A stretch of DNA of 64,000 nt from Nitrospira sp. (GCA_047150005.1 AP038806.1:416001-480000), one strand, 5' to 3'. Shown: positions 30,001 through 40,480, numbered from the stretch's first letter. Numbers and translations are program-made. The notes: generated by a model from the sequence alone, not told the origin.

Positions 30001-30492
30001 TCACACGGGCTCAATCAAACAAACGGCGTGCGCCGTCATGCCCTCTTCTCTCCCGACGGCGTCGAGCCCCTCCCCGCTTTTTACCTTCACGTTGACGAGA
30101 TCCGGATCAATCCCGGAAACCTCGGCCAACTTCTTCTGCATGCCCGGCAAGTGAGGCCCCAGGCGGGGCGCCTGCGCGACGATCACCGTGTCGATGTTGC
30201 CGATTCGATACCCCTTACTCTTGAGCTTGGAGACGACGTCCTCCAGCAACTTGAGACTGGAAATACCCCTGTACTTCGGATCAGAACTCGGAAAGTGCCG
30301 TCCCAGATCTCCTTCTCCCATCGCGCCCAGCAAGGCATCACAGACGGCGTGTACGAGCACGTCGGAATCCGAATGCCCCAACAGGCCTTTGTCGTAGGGA
30401 ATCTCCACGCCTCCCAGGATCAGCTTGCGTCCGACCCCCAGTGGATGCACGTCATAGCCGTATCCCACTCGCCATCCTGATCGCTTCGACAT
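30001..30492 (-). CDS. ispF: 2-C-methyl-D-erythritol 2,4-cyclodiphosphate synthase
   Basis: [26 protein letters not shown]. Confidence 0.97.
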   Translation of the reverse strand: MSKRSGWRVGYGYDVHPLGVGRKLILGGVEIPYDKGLLGHSDSDVLVHAVCDALLGAMGEGDLGRHFPSSDPKYRGISSLKLLEDVVSKLKSKGYRIGNIDTVIVAQAPRLGPHLPGMQKKLAEVSGIDPDLVNVKVKSGEGLDAVGREEGMTAHAVCLIEPV

Positions 30493-30501
30493 AGCGCTCC
30501 T

Positions 30502-31212
30502 TTAGATGGTGGACGAACGCCGGGACGAGAGAATCGCTTCGCCGATCAACAAGTCTTCGGGTCTCGTCACCTTGATGTTTTCTCCGTGGCCTTCCACAAC
30601 CGAAACCGGCCGGCCGAACCATTCGATGAGGTAGGCGTCGTCCGTGGCCTGGACCCCTTCGAGCTGCGCCTTTCGATGGGCTTCCACCAGCCATTCCCGT
30701 CTGAACGCTTGAGGGGTTTGTGCCAGCCAGAGAGGGGTCCGGTCCACCGTCCGTTCAATGACCCGGTCCGGCCCCACCTGCTTCACCGTGTCCCGCATGG
30801 GGAGCGCGACGATGGCGGCACCGCCGGCTCGTGCCGCCGCCACCACATCATCGATCATCCGGACCGTGACGAACGGACGGACGGCATCGTGAACGACCAC
30901 GATTTCGGTATCGGGGCCCACCCGGTTCAGCGCCAGACGGACCGAGTCTTGCCGCTCTTTTCCACCGGCCACGATCTCGGCGACCTTCGTGAAGCCGTGT
31001 GCACGGACGATATCGGATCGGCAGTAGTCGACGTCGGCTTCCGGCACGGCGAGCACGACGGCGTCGATCATGGCGGCGGACTGGAAGGCGCGCAGGGAAT
31101 GAACGACCAGAGGGAATCCGCCCAGAGCCAGAAACTGTTTGGGCACCCGCCCGCCCATCCGGAGCCCACGGCCCGCGGCGGGAATCAGGGCAACGATGCG
31201 TCGACTATCCAC
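30502..31212 (-). CDS. ispD: 2-C-methyl-D-erythritol 4-phosphate cytidylyltransferase
   Basis: PAAGRGLRMG..PKQF, GGKERQDSV, VHDAVRP, QTPQAF, NIKVT. Confidence 0.97.
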   Translation of the reverse strand: MDSRRIVALIPAAGRGLRMGGRVPKQFLALGGFPLVVHSLRAFQSAAMIDAVVLAVPEADVDYCRSDIVRAHGFTKVAEIVAGGKERQDSVRLALNRVGPDTEIVVVHDAVRPFVTVRMIDDVVAAARAGGAAIVALPMRDTVKQVGPDRVIERTVDRTPLWLAQTPQAFRREWLVEAHRKAQLEGVQATDDAYLIEWFGRPVSVVEGHGENIKVTRPEDLLIGEAILSSRRSSTI

Positions 31213-32230
31213 GAGCGACCTGCAACTCCTCTCGCTCCGTCTCCTCTTTGAGCCTGGTGAAGATCATGCGGCCGGCCGTGGTCTGGAGCACGCTGGTGAC
31301 GACGACGTCGACGTTCTTGCCGATGTATCGGCGAGCATTGTCCACGACGATCATCGTGCCGTCGTCGAGATAGGCGACCCCTTGCCCCGCTTCCTTGCCT
31401 TCCTTCAACACGAAGACGCGGATGGTCTCCCCCGGCAGCACAACCGGGCGCAGCGCATTGCACAGTTCGTTGATGTTGAGAACTCGAACCCCTTGCAGCT
31501 CGGCAACCTTATTGAGGTTCAGGTCGTTGGTGATGATCTTGGCGTTCATCTTCTTGGCCAGCACGACCAGCTTGGCGTCGACTTCCTTGACCTGCGGAAA
31601 GTCCTCGTCGATGATGCGCACGTCCACTTCCGGCATCTTCTGAACCTTGTTCAGGATGTCCAACCCGCGCCGGCCTCTGGCCCGTTTGAGGGAGTCAGAC
31701 GAGTCGGCGATGTGCTGCAGCTCGTCCAGGATGAAGTGCGGCACCAGAAACGTGCCTTCGAGAAATCCGGTTTCGCAGAGATCGGCCACGCGCCCATCGA
31801 TGATCACGCTGGTGTCGAGCACCTTGGGACACACCGTGTTTCCGGACAGCTCGAAAAACTTCTGCTCGGGGCTCGGCAGTTTCTCTTTGCCGAACCGGGC
31901 GCCGATGACCAGCCCCAGATAGGGCAGCCCCAACAGAAAGACCAGACCGCCGATGTGGAAAAGAAAGGTCTGGACGTCGAAAATCTCGCCGCCCACCCAC
32001 TCCACCAACCCGGTCAACAACAACCCTACCGCCAGCCCGGCCGTCCCTCCGATAATGATGCCGAATGAGAAATTCCGCAGCGCATATTCCCCCGCGACGA
32101 TCAACCCTCCGGTGGCGGTCCCGATCACGAACCCATACAGCCAATATGATGCATCAGCCCCGTCAGCCTTTACGAACAGGGCCATTCCGGCCAACGCGCT
32201 GAGAAGGACAAATATGGCTCTTGGTACCAT
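31205..32230 (-). CDS. PIN/TRAM-domain membrane protein (YacL-like)
   Basis: N-terminal TMs, LDTSVIIDGR, RGRRGLDIL, YLDDGTMIVV, QTTAGRMIF; upstream of ispDF. Confidence 0.93.
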   Translation of the reverse strand: MVPRAIFVLLSALAGMALFVKADGADASYWLYGFVIGTATGGLIVAGEYALRNFSFGIIIGGTAGLAVGLLLTGLVEWVGGEIFDVQTFLFHIGGLVFLLGLPYLGLVIGARFGKEKLPSPEQKFFELSGNTVCPKVLDTSVIIDGRVADLCETGFLEGTFLVPHFILDELQHIADSSDSLKRARGRRGLDILNKVQKMPEVDVRIIDEDFPQVKEVDAKLVVLAKKMNAKIITNDLNLNKVAELQGVRVLNINELCNALRPVVLPGETIRVFVLKEGKEAGQGVAYLDDGTMIVVDNARRYIGKNVDVVVTSVLQTTAGRMIFTRLKEETEREELQVARG

Positions 32231-32250
32231 ACCCCCACCTCCCCCCTTGT

Positions 32251-32371
32251 AGGCCGTTGAAGAAGTCCGCCGACAGCGCTCCCACCCCGCGCGAAGCTTC
32301 TACGTACCCGACACCGTACGCCTCGCCTCCCCGCGTGCTGCGACCCGGTCGGACGGCCTTGCTGAACAGCC
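32251..32371. repeat. About 120-bp intergenic inverted-repeat element (same family as 8828-8907)
   Basis: Ends GGCCGTTGAAGAAG and CTTGCTGAACAGCC are imperfect inverted repeats; internal GTACGCCTCG..CTGCG core. Confidence 0.65.
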
Positions 32372-32403
32372 AGCTTTCATGCTCTCTTCGAGCGAACACT
32401 CCG

Positions 32404-33927
32404 CTATGGCTTGAGCGTGAGATAAATCGCCTGCCCCTTCCGCTTGAGCAGCAGCAACACCGATTGATCCTTGGCCAAACCAGACGCCGCACGCTCATAG
32501 GACTTGATGGAGTTCACCGCCTTGCGATTGACTTCCAGGATGATGTCCCCTTCCCGCACGCCCGCTTGCTCCGCCGGGGAGTCCGGCTTCACGCGAACCA
32601 CCACGAGCCCCCGCTCCGAGGGCTTGAGGCCGTACCGTCCGGCTAGGTCTTCATTCAACTCCCGGACATCGATATCCGAGAGTACCCCGGACGGGGAAGC
32701 GGATTCTCCGCCGTCATCTGTCCCCGACTGGCTCATCGATTTCGGCTGTTCGACGATCGTCAGCTCGAGCATCTTGGGCTTCTTGTCGCGGATCAACTTG
32801 ACGGTGACTTTCCGCCCGATGGGGGTCTGCGCCACGGCATTGCGCAGATGCGTCGGAGAATCCATCGGCTTGCCGTCGTACTCCACAATCACGTCGGCCC
32901 GCTCGAATCCCGCTTTCTTCGCCGGGCTGTCCTCCATGACGTCGCTGACCAGCACACCCTTCGTGTCGCCGATGCCGAACTGTGAAGCCAGCTCCGGTGT
33001 GAGTTCCTGGATCGCGACGCCCAGCCATCCCCGGACGACCTTCCCGCTTCTGAGCAGCTGACCCATGATCGATCGAGACAGATTGCTGGGTACGGCGAAT
33101 CCAATACCCATATTGCCGCCGCTCTGGCTGAAGATCGCCGTGTTGATGCCCACGAGCTCGCCCCGCACGTTGACCAGCGCTCCGCCGGAGTTTCCGGGAT
33201 TGATCGCCGCATCCGTCTGGATGAAGTCTTCGTACTCGGCGATGCCCATGCTGGCCCGTCCCACCGCGCTCACGATGCCCATGGTCACGCTTTGCGTCAG
33301 TCCGAACGGGCTTCCGACCGCCAACACGAATTCACCCACTTCCAGCTGATCTGAATCGGCGAAAGAGACCGCGGGCAATCCGGTCGCTTCGATCTTGACC
33401 ACCGCGATGTCCGTCTTGGCGTCGGTCCCGATCAGCTTGGCTTTGAACTCGCGCTTGTCCGACAGGAACACCCGAATCTCGTCGGCCTTACTGACCACAT
33501 GATTGTTCGTGATGATGACGCCGTTGGGATCCACGATGACGCCCGACCCCTGGCCCCGCTCCTTACGGTCCCGCGGCGGTGTCTCCCGCTTGAAAAACTC
33601 GTCGCCGAAGAATCGGCGGAAAAAGGGATCATCGAACGGCGAGCCGTGAGGTCCGTCACCGGACTTTCCGTTTCGGGTGGCCGCGATGTTGACGACCGCC
33701 GGTTTCACCGTTTTAGCGATCTCGACGAAGTTCTTGGCCCCGGCGCCCGGCATGATCGGTTGCGGCGCCGTGGCGACGGGGCGGACGATCGGATCAGGCA
33801 CGGGCGCGGGATCCGGTCCCGCGCTTCCGCTCGGAAGCCATCCCAAATCGGATGCGATGCCGACACCGATGACGACGCCGACCGCCACCAACACGAACGA
33901 CACCACCCAAGACCGACTCAATTTCAT
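32404..33927 (-). CDS. DegP/DegQ (HtrA) serine endoprotease with two PDZ domains
   Basis: TNNHVV, TDIAV and INPGNSGG catalytic triad; two PDZ domains; N-terminal TM or signal segment. Confidence 0.96.
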   Translation of the reverse strand: MKLSRSWVVSFVLVAVGVVIGVGIASDLGWLPSGSAGPDPAPVPDPIVRPVATAPQPIMPGAGAKNFVEIAKTVKPAVVNIAATRNGKSGDGPHGSPFDDPFFRRFFGDEFFKRETPPRDRKERGQGSGVIVDPNGVIITNNHVVSKADEIRVFLSDKREFKAKLIGTDAKTDIAVVKIEATGLPAVSFADSDQLEVGEFVLAVGSPFGLTQSVTMGIVSAVGRASMGIAEYEDFIQTDAAINPGNSGGALVNVRGELVGINTAIFSQSGGNMGIGFAVPSNLSRSIMGQLLRSGKVVRGWLGVAIQELTPELASQFGIGDTKGVLVSDVMEDSPAKKAGFERADVIVEYDGKPMDSPTHLRNAVAQTPIGRKVTVKLIRDKKPKMLELTIVEQPKSMSQSGTDDGGESASPSGVLSDIDVRELNEDLAGRYGLKPSERGLVVVRVKPDSPAEQAGVREGDIILEVNRKAVNSIKSYERAASGLAKDQSVLLLLKRKGQAIYLTLKP

Positions 33928-34065
33928 GCGTGATCCTCGGCGAAATGCGGCGACATCTGGATTGCCATCCTGAGCGCGCTCCGGAACGGGACTTCAGTTG
34001 CCGCGCCCCGCTTCCGTCCCTCGCCTCGGAGCACCTCGTCTGCGGTCGGTTCACTCGATCGGTTG

Positions 34066-34989
34066 CTATCGGATTTCGCCGGCGTAGATGCCCATGATCG
34101 TGTGCAGGAACTTGACCGCATCCGCCTTCGGCCGCTGGAACGAATTCCGCCCGATGATGGAGCCGAACCCGCCGCCTTCACGGATGGCGCGGGCCTCCTC
34201 GAAGACGTTCTGATCCTCCGCCTTCGCTCCGCCGGAGAAAATCACGATCCGGCGTCCGTCGAACGAGCTCTGGATGACGTGCTTCACCCGCTCCGCCAGC
34301 GTCTTGATGGGAATCTGAGTCGACTCATAGACCTTCTTGGCCGCAGCCAGTTCGAGGTGGGCGCTGGGCAATTTCACCTTGATGACATGCGCGCCCAATT
34401 GCGCCGCAATCTGCGCCGCATAGGCCACCACGTCGATCGCCGTCTCTCCTTCCTTGCTGAGCGCGGAGCCGCGGGGATACGACCACACCACCAACGCGAG
34501 GCCGTTATCCTTCGCTTCCTCCCCGATGGCGCGCAGTTGCTCATACATGGCGTTGCAGTGGGTCGATCCCGGATAGATCGTGAAGCCGACGGCCGCGCAT
34601 CCCAGCCGAAGCGCATCTCTCACGCTGCCGGTGACGGAAGGAAGCGGATCCTTGTCGTCGTGCAACACGTCGTGATTGTTCAGCTTCAAAATCAGCGGGA
34701 TCTGGCCGGCGAAATGGCTTGCTCCGGCTTCCAAGAACCCCAACGGGGCCGCGTAGGCATTGCACCCGGCGTCGATGGCCAATTGGAAATGATACAGCGG
34801 ATCATACCCCGCCGCATTCGGCGCAAAGCTCCTGGCCGGGCCGTGCTCGAATCCCTGGTCCACGGGAAGAATGACGAGCTTGCCTGTGCCGCCGAGCTTT
34901 CCGCTCCGGAGGAGGCGCGCGATGTTGGTCTTGGTCCCTGCGTTGTCGCTGCCGTACCAACTCAAAATCTCTTGAACCCTGTCAGCCAT
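34066..34989 (-). CDS. fbaB: Class I fructose-bisphosphate aldolase (DhnA type)
   Basis: ILPVDQGFEHGP, VVWSYPRG, VIKVKLP, GSIIGRNSFQR; GGGAGG SD before ATG 34989. Confidence 0.95.
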   Translation of the reverse strand: MADRVQEILSWYGSDNAGTKTNIARLLRSGKLGGTGKLVILPVDQGFEHGPARSFAPNAAGYDPLYHFQLAIDAGCNAYAAPLGFLEAGASHFAGQIPLILKLNNHDVLHDDKDPLPSVTGSVRDALRLGCAAVGFTIYPGSTHCNAMYEQLRAIGEEAKDNGLALVVWSYPRGSALSKEGETAIDVVAYAAQIAAQLGAHVIKVKLPSAHLELAAAKKVYESTQIPIKTLAERVKHVIQSSFDGRRIVIFSGGAKAEDQNVFEEARAIREGGGFGSIIGRNSFQRPKADAVKFLHTIMGIYAGEIR

Positions 34990-35003
34990 GTGTCCCTCCC
35001 AAT

Positions 35004-35110
35004 CAGGCTGTTGAAACAGCCCGTCAACTCGTTCTCTCGTTTCGTATCCCCCCCGGGTACGGCCACAGGAACCGAGCCACGGCCTCGGCAAGCTCGCGGT
35101 GGACACGGAC
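35004..35110. repeat. Degenerate copy of the intergenic repeat family
   Basis: Begins CAGGCTGTTGAAACAGCCCG, similar to the left end at 32251; contains GGGTACG; right end unclear. Confidence 0.45.
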
Positions 35111-35136
35111 TCCCGCTCCGCGTCCCGTGAAGGCTC

Positions 35137-36138
35137 TCACGACTTGGCGAAAAAGACTTCCGCCTCTCGCACGTCGTCCCGGCTCCCGATCAGGAGCGGC
35201 ACCCGCTGATGCAGCCGCTCCGGTTCGACGTCGAGAATGCGCTTCGTTCCCGTACTCGCCAGTCCGCCCGCCTGCTCGACGATCAGCGCCAGAGGATTCG
35301 CCTCATACAGCAGCCGGAGCTTCCCTTCCGGCTTCTTGGCTTCCGCGGGGTACAGATAGATACCCCCGTTCAACAGAATACGATGCACGTCGGCGACCAG
35401 GCAGCCTGAATAGCGCCCGGTATAGGGCCGCCCGGTCGTCTTATCGTCCGCCTTCAGATGATCGAAATACCGCTTCGTCCCGTCGGGCCACTTCTGATAG
35501 TTTCCCTCATTCACCGCATAGATCTTGCCGCGAGTCGGGATCGTCATGTTCTCATGCGACAGCAGATACTCGCCGAGTCCCGGATCAAGCGTAAACCCGT
35601 GCACGCCTTTTCCCGTGGCCACGACGAAGATCGTGCTGGGGCCGAAGAGAAGATAGCCGGCCGCCAGCTGGTCCGTGCCCTTTCGCAACAGGTCCCGTTC
35701 TCCCGGTGCCCGGTCGGCCGGCTGATGGGTGACGATGGAAAAAATGGACCCGAGGGGCATGTTGACGTCGGTATTCGAGGAGCCGTCAAGAGGATCGAAC
35801 AGTACCATGTACGGCGCCTGTTGCCCCGGCTTCGACACGATCACCGGCTTTTCCATTTCCTCCGAGGCCAGGGCGCACACGACGTCGCTCCGCTGAAAGA
35901 CCTGCACACAGGTTTTGTTGGCGATTTGATCCAGTTTCTTGACCCCTTCGCCCTGCACGTTCGTGTCCCCGCTCGTGCCGAGCACATCGAGGAGACCGGC
36001 CAGGCGAAGGTCGCGGGACAGGAGCTTGCCCACCAATCCCACGTGCGACAGGAGGGTCGTAAAAAGGGCGCCCCCTCCCGGGACGGTCATGTGGCTCCGA
36101 TTGAAATACTGCTCAAGCGTCAGCGAATGAAGTGCCAT
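35137..36138 (-). CDS. fbp: Class I fructose-1,6-bisphosphatase
   Basis: NVQGE..KKLD, ASEE, FDPLDGSSN, GKLRLLYEANP, LHQRVP. Confidence 0.96.
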   Translation of the reverse strand: MALHSLTLEQYFNRSHMTVPGGGALFTTLLSHVGLVGKLLSRDLRLAGLLDVLGTSGDTNVQGEGVKKLDQIANKTCVQVFQRSDVVCALASEEMEKPVIVSKPGQQAPYMVLFDPLDGSSNTDVNMPLGSIFSIVTHQPADRAPGERDLLRKGTDQLAAGYLLFGPSTIFVVATGKGVHGFTLDPGLGEYLLSHENMTIPTRGKIYAVNEGNYQKWPDGTKRYFDHLKADDKTTGRPYTGRYSGCLVADVHRILLNGGIYLYPAEAKKPEGKLRLLYEANPLALIVEQAGGLASTGTKRILDVEPERLHQRVPLLIGSRDDVREAEVFFAKS

Positions 36139-36242
36139 GAATGAGCGGGGTCTGAAGGGCCCGCAAACCCTGTCCGAATCGGATGATCGCAGGCAATTAT
36201 AGCCTGTCTGCGACGGGACGAGCAATGAAACATGTCACCCCC

Positions 36243-37091
36243 TCATGGGTGAGACGCGCCGCCCGGCAGACCGCTCACCAGGTCGGCCACGATCGAGCCG
36301 ATGATCACTCGAGCCTTCATTCTGAGCGGAATGCGCCGGCCGTCGTTGGTCAGCCACACGCGGATATTGCCCTGATTCAAAAAGATCCCTTGAAACGGCA
36401 TGATCACCAACAAGCGGATCGCCTCCGCCTTTCCCCACGAGCCCTTGATCGTTTCCATGCCCTCCACTCGTACTTCAAGCTTGTAGTTCTTCTTGTCATG
36501 GTGAACGTTGAGCGATTCCGTAGTGCCCGGTGTGAACTGCGGGAGGCTGCGCACGTAGTACAGACAGGAGATCGCGTCGAACGTGTCGGGAGGAATGGCC
36601 AGGGTCTCCGACGCGCCGTCCTTGACCGCAGTCACCGTCCCTTGATCGTGATGGAAGGTGTAGTCGAAATCATTCTTGCGCTTGCCCTCCCGCCGATGGA
36701 AGGTCATGTGTTCCGAGAGAAACGTGTCGGGTCTCACCAGTGATTCCACTCGGTTGTTCACCGGATAGAACATGGTGACCTTCGGGCTGGACTGCGCCGT
36801 CATCATGAGCTTGAGCGGAGCATGCGCGTTGCCGCCCTCTGCAACTTCCAGCACGGCGGTTCCGGCCAGGATGTTGAGCCAAGACAGCTCATAAATCAGC
36901 CGCTCGCCGGTCTGCACGGCTGGCAAGAGCGGGCGTGTCTCCGCACAGGTCGGAACCGACGATCCGAGGAGCGAGGCGAGAAGAGAGGCGGCGAGCATCC
37001 ACCGCACCGGACAACAGGAAACGGTTTTCAGAGAAAAGGATGGGACCAACGAGCTATTGTCCCAATGAGTGCTTCGCGTCGGCCAACTCAT
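36243..37091 (-). CDS. DUF3108-like exported protein
   Basis: GERLIYELSW, FDAISCLYYVR and VWLTNDGRRIP pattern; start may instead be ATG 36998. Confidence 0.75.
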   Translation of the reverse strand: MSWPTRSTHWDNSSLVPSFSLKTVSCCPVRWMLAASLLASLLGSSVPTCAETRPLLPAVQTGERLIYELSWLNILAGTAVLEVAEGGNAHAPLKLMMTAQSSPKVTMFYPVNNRVESLVRPDTFLSEHMTFHRREGKRKNDFDYTFHHDQGTVTAVKDGASETLAIPPDTFDAISCLYYVRSLPQFTPGTTESLNVHHDKKNYKLEVRVEGMETIKGSWGKAEAIRLLVIMPFQGIFLNQGNIRVWLTNDGRRIPLRMKARVIIGSIVADLVSGLPGGASHP

Positions 37092-38454
37092 GCTCGACCG
37101 TGGTCCGGATCGCCTCGAGGCGGGCGGGCGAGGTCGCCTCGAAACGTAAGACCAGCGCCGGCTGCGTGTTGGACGCGCGGATCAACCCCCATCCGTCGTC
37201 GAAAATCGCGCGCACCCCGTCGATCGTGACCAGGTCGCGAAGCGGCAGGCGGTGTTGCCCGATTTCGTGTCGTGTTTTGAGGTAGCCGGCGAAGCGCTCG
37301 TGGACCCGTTTGACCACGTCGAACTTGACCGTATCCGGCATATCGACGCGGATTTCGGGCGTCACCGAGGTCTGCGGAAGGTCCGCCACGAGGGAGGAGA
37401 GAGACCGGGAACTCTTGGACAGGATCTCGATCAGGCGGCAGGACGCATAAATCGCATCGTCATAGCCGAAATAGCGGTCGGCGAAAAACATGTGTCCCGA
37501 CATCTCGCCGGCCAATACGGCCTTTTCGCTCTTCATCTTGGACTTGATCAGCGAATGGCCGGTTTTCCACATGACCGGCCGACCGCCCTGTTTGGCGATA
37601 TCGTCATACAGACTCTGGGAGGCTTTCACCTCCGAGATGATCGTGCTCCCCGGCTTGGAGGCCAGAATGTCGCGCGCATAGACCACAAGCAGTCGGTCTC
37701 CCCACAACACATGCCCTTGCTCGTCGATGGCTCCGATCCGGTCGGCATCGCCGTCGTAGCCGATTCCTACGTCCGCCTGATGCTTCTTGACCGCCTCCAT
37801 CAAATCGTGGAGATTCTCCAGAACCGTCGGATCGGGATGATGATTCGGAAACCGGCCGTCCAAGTCGCAGTAGAGTCCCGTCACGCGGCAACCCAACAAC
37901 TCGAGGGCCTGTTTGGCCACCAGGGCCGCCGCCCCGTTGCCGCAATCGATGACGACGTGCAGCCGTTTGCCGTTCACATCAGTGAAACTCCGCTTGATGT
38001 AGGCGAGATAGTCGGGAATGATCGGATGTTCGGACAACCGACCCTGCCCGGAGACGAACCGGCCGGCCTCCAAGATGCGGCGAAGATCCTGAATCGCCTC
38101 TCCGTGAATGGCCTCCTTGCCGACGCAGATCTTGAACCCGTTGTATTCGGCCGCGTTGTGGCTGCCGGTGATCATGATCCCACCCTCGACCGGCAGTGTG
38201 AACAGCGAGAAATAGACCAATGGGGAGGGACAGACGCCGACGTCTACGACATTCAAGCCGCCGCCGAGCAGCCCCCGCAACAGCGCCTGAAAGAGCCCGG
38301 GAGAGCTCAGCCGGCCGTCACGGCCGACGGAGATCGTCTTCACATCCCGATCCTTGACGTAGGTGGCATAGGCGCGGCCTACCTGTTCGGCGATCGGGTC
38401 GGTCAACTCCTGGCCGACGATGCCCCGCAAATCATACTCTCGAAACAGCCCCAT
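37054..38454 (-). CDS. manB: Phosphomannomutase/phosphoglucomutase
   Basis: FREYDLRG, TGSHN, DGDADR, GEMSGH, RASNTQP. Confidence 0.95.
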   Translation of the reverse strand: MGLFREYDLRGIVGQELTDPIAEQVGRAYATYVKDRDVKTISVGRDGRLSSPGLFQALLRGLLGGGLNVVDVGVCPSPLVYFSLFTLPVEGGIMITGSHNAAEYNGFKICVGKEAIHGEAIQDLRRILEAGRFVSGQGRLSEHPIIPDYLAYIKRSFTDVNGKRLHVVIDCGNGAAALVAKQALELLGCRVTGLYCDLDGRFPNHHPDPTVLENLHDLMEAVKKHQADVGIGYDGDADRIGAIDEQGHVLWGDRLLVVYARDILASKPGSTIISEVKASQSLYDDIAKQGGRPVMWKTGHSLIKSKMKSEKAVLAGEMSGHMFFADRYFGYDDAIYASCRLIEILSKSSRSLSSLVADLPQTSVTPEIRVDMPDTVKFDVVKRVHERFAGYLKTRHEIGQHRLPLRDLVTIDGVRAIFDDGWGLIRASNTQPALVLRFEATSPARLEAIRTTVEHELADAKHSLGQ

Positions 38455-38472
38455 GATGTCTCCTGCTCCGAT

Positions 38473-39924
38473 TCAGCCGTGCGCGGTCCGTCCGTACTCA
38501 TCCTTGAACCGGACGATATCGTCCTCGCCGAGATACGGACCGTTCTGAACTTCGATGATGTGCAGCGTCTCGTGGCCGAAATTCTCGAGGCGGTGGCGCG
38601 TCTCGACCGGAATGGCCGTGCTGTGCCCGACCTGGAGATCAAACACATCGTCGCCCCTGGTCACCCTTGCCGTGCCGGCGATGACCACCCAATGCTCGCT
38701 CCTCCTGTGATGCAGTTGCAGCGACAATCTCCCGCCCGGCTTCACCGTCACCCGCTTCACCTTGTACCCGTCCCCTTCCTCCAGCACGGTATAGGATCCC
38801 CACGGCCGATGGACGGTGACGTGCTCGAGATGCTCGGGAGCGCCCTGCTGCTTGAGGATGTCCACGATCTTCTTCACATCCTGGGCTCGGTCCTTCGGAC
38901 AGACCAGCGTGGCGTCGGGGGTATCGACCACCACCATGTCGGTCAACCCGATGGTCGCCACGATGCGTCGGTCCCCATAGACCACGGACCGTTGGCTGCC
39001 GAGATCAACGACCCGGCCTCCGACGATGTTGCCAGCCTTGTCTTTGGGCGCGACCTCGTCGAGGCTGCCCCAACTCCCGACATCCGACCATTCAAAGGCG
39101 ACCGGCACGACGGCCGACTTGGTGGACCGCTCCATGACCCCAGTGTCGACGGACACCGGAGCCAGTTTCTTGTATTCTTCGTCGATCGCCCCTCTCATCC
39201 CTCCCGCCTGCATCAACTCACGGATCCGTTCGATCCCCTTGAACAGCGCCGGTTGATGGCGCCGGACTTCCTCGAGGATCGTCGCGGCCCGCCAGACGAA
39301 CATGCCGCTGTTCCAGTAGTAATCCTTCGCCTTCACGTACTGCGCCGCCTTGGCGGCGTTGGGCTTTTCCACGAAACGACTCACCGGATGGCCCTTGAGT
39401 TTCCCCTGTTTCGCGACGGTCACCCGTTTATTCGGCTTGATATAGCCATAGCCGGTTTCGGGCCTGGTCGGCTTGACGCCGAACGTCACGAGATACCCCT
39501 GCGCGGCCAGCTCCGCTGCAAGTCCGACCGCGGCGTCGAACTCCTTCTGCCCCTTGACGATGTGATCCGCAGGCACGACCAGCATCACTGCGTCCGGATC
39601 GCGGCGGATCAGTTCCAGCGCGGCCAGGGCGATGGCGGGAGCCGTGTTCCTGCCTTCCGGCTCGAGCACGAAGTTGTCCTTGATCGCGTCCTTCCATTCG
39701 CCGAGCTGAATACGGATCGACTCCGCTTGGGCGGGATTCGTCGAGATCAGGACCTGTTGCGTCGGCGCCGCATGAATCACCCGTCTCATCGTCTGCTGGA
39801 TCAAGGTCTCATCGCCGATGATGCGGAGCAGCTGTTTGGGAAACAGATGCCGGCTCAACGGCCAGAATCTGGTGCCGCTGCCGCCCGCCATGATGACAGG
39901 ATATATCGCCGCTGGATTCTTCAT
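38473..39924 (-). CDS. manC: Mannose-1-phosphate guanylyltransferase/mannose-6-phosphate isomerase
   Basis: GGSGTRFWPLSR, EPEGRNTAPA, FVEKP, WSDVGSW, cupin RPWG..SEHW. Confidence 0.96.
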   Translation of the reverse strand: MKNPAAIYPVIMAGGSGTRFWPLSRHLFPKQLLRIIGDETLIQQTMRRVIHAAPTQQVLISTNPAQAESIRIQLGEWKDAIKDNFVLEPEGRNTAPAIALAALELIRRDPDAVMLVVPADHIVKGQKEFDAAVGLAAELAAQGYLVTFGVKPTRPETGYGYIKPNKRVTVAKQGKLKGHPVSRFVEKPNAAKAAQYVKAKDYYWNSGMFVWRAATILEEVRRHQPALFKGIERIRELMQAGGMRGAIDEEYKKLAPVSVDTGVMERSTKSAVVPVAFEWSDVGSWGSLDEVAPKDKAGNIVGGRVVDLGSQRSVVYGDRRIVATIGLTDMVVVDTPDATLVCPKDRAQDVKKIVDILKQQGAPEHLEHVTVHRPWGSYTVLEEGDGYKVKRVTVKPGGRLSLQLHHRRSEHWVVIAGTARVTRGDDVFDLQVGHSTAIPVETRHRLENFGHETLHIIEVQNGPYLGEDDIVRFKDEYGRTAHG

Positions 39925-39928
39925 TCGA

Positions 39929-40480
39929 CTATCCCTCCCCGGAACCGCTGCGCGCATCAAGAATCATATCGATGACTTCCCGAACGGCTCCCTCGCCGCC
40001 CTTCTTGCGACAGACATAATCGACCGCCGCGACCACCTGCCGCGTCCCGTCGAACGGAGCGGCCGAAAAGCCCGCCGCCTTGAGGGCAGCGAGATCGTTG
40101 ATGTCGTCGCCGATGTACGCCACCTGTTCCATCGTCAACCCGTGTCTGGCCGCCATCTCCCGGACCAAGACCAGCTTGTCCATCACGCCCTGATGCACCT
40201 CCGGAATCGCCAGCTTCTCAGCGCGCCTGGCGACCAGCTTGGTGCGTTCCTGAGTCACGATCGCGGTCAGCAGCCCCGCGCGCTGGAGCAGTTTGATTCC
40301 CATCCCATCGCGCGTGTTGAATTTTTTCCACTCGTCTCCCGATTCGGCATAGTACATGCCGCCGTCGGTCAGCACCCCGTCGACGTCGGTCGCAAACAAC
40401 CGAATCCCCTTGAGCTTGCCGGCGAGCCCCTTGCCGGCCGCCTTTTGACCGCCGCGCGCGGCGGCTCGAGATTTGGTCAT
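39929..40480 (-). CDS. kdsC: KdsC-family HAD phosphatase (KDO8P phosphatase)
   Basis: DVDGVLTDG, FNTRDG, YIGDDIND, GGEGAVRE. Confidence 0.9.
   Translation of the reverse strand: MTKSRAAARGGQKAAGKGLAGKLKGIRLFATDVDGVLTDGGMYYAESGDEWKKFNTRDGMGIKLLQRAGLLTAIVTQERTKLVARRAEKLAIPEVHQGVMDKLVLVREMAARHGLTMEQVAYIGDDINDLAALKAAGFSAAPFDGTRQVVAAVDYVCRKKGGEGAVREVIDMILDARSGSGEG

Noticed and set aside
26047..32230. NYN and PIN/TRAM genes as toxin-antitoxin or defence nucleases
   Set aside because: They match housekeeping YacP-like and YacL-like families, which commonly lie near ispDF and cysE; no antitoxin partner.
37252..39975. 907-aa plus-strand ORF and similar long antisense ORFs (8831-10873, 43434-45431, 6168-7649, 2637-4124)
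   Set aside because: They shadow well-supported minus-strand genes, show no motifs and are expected from GC-rich codon bias.
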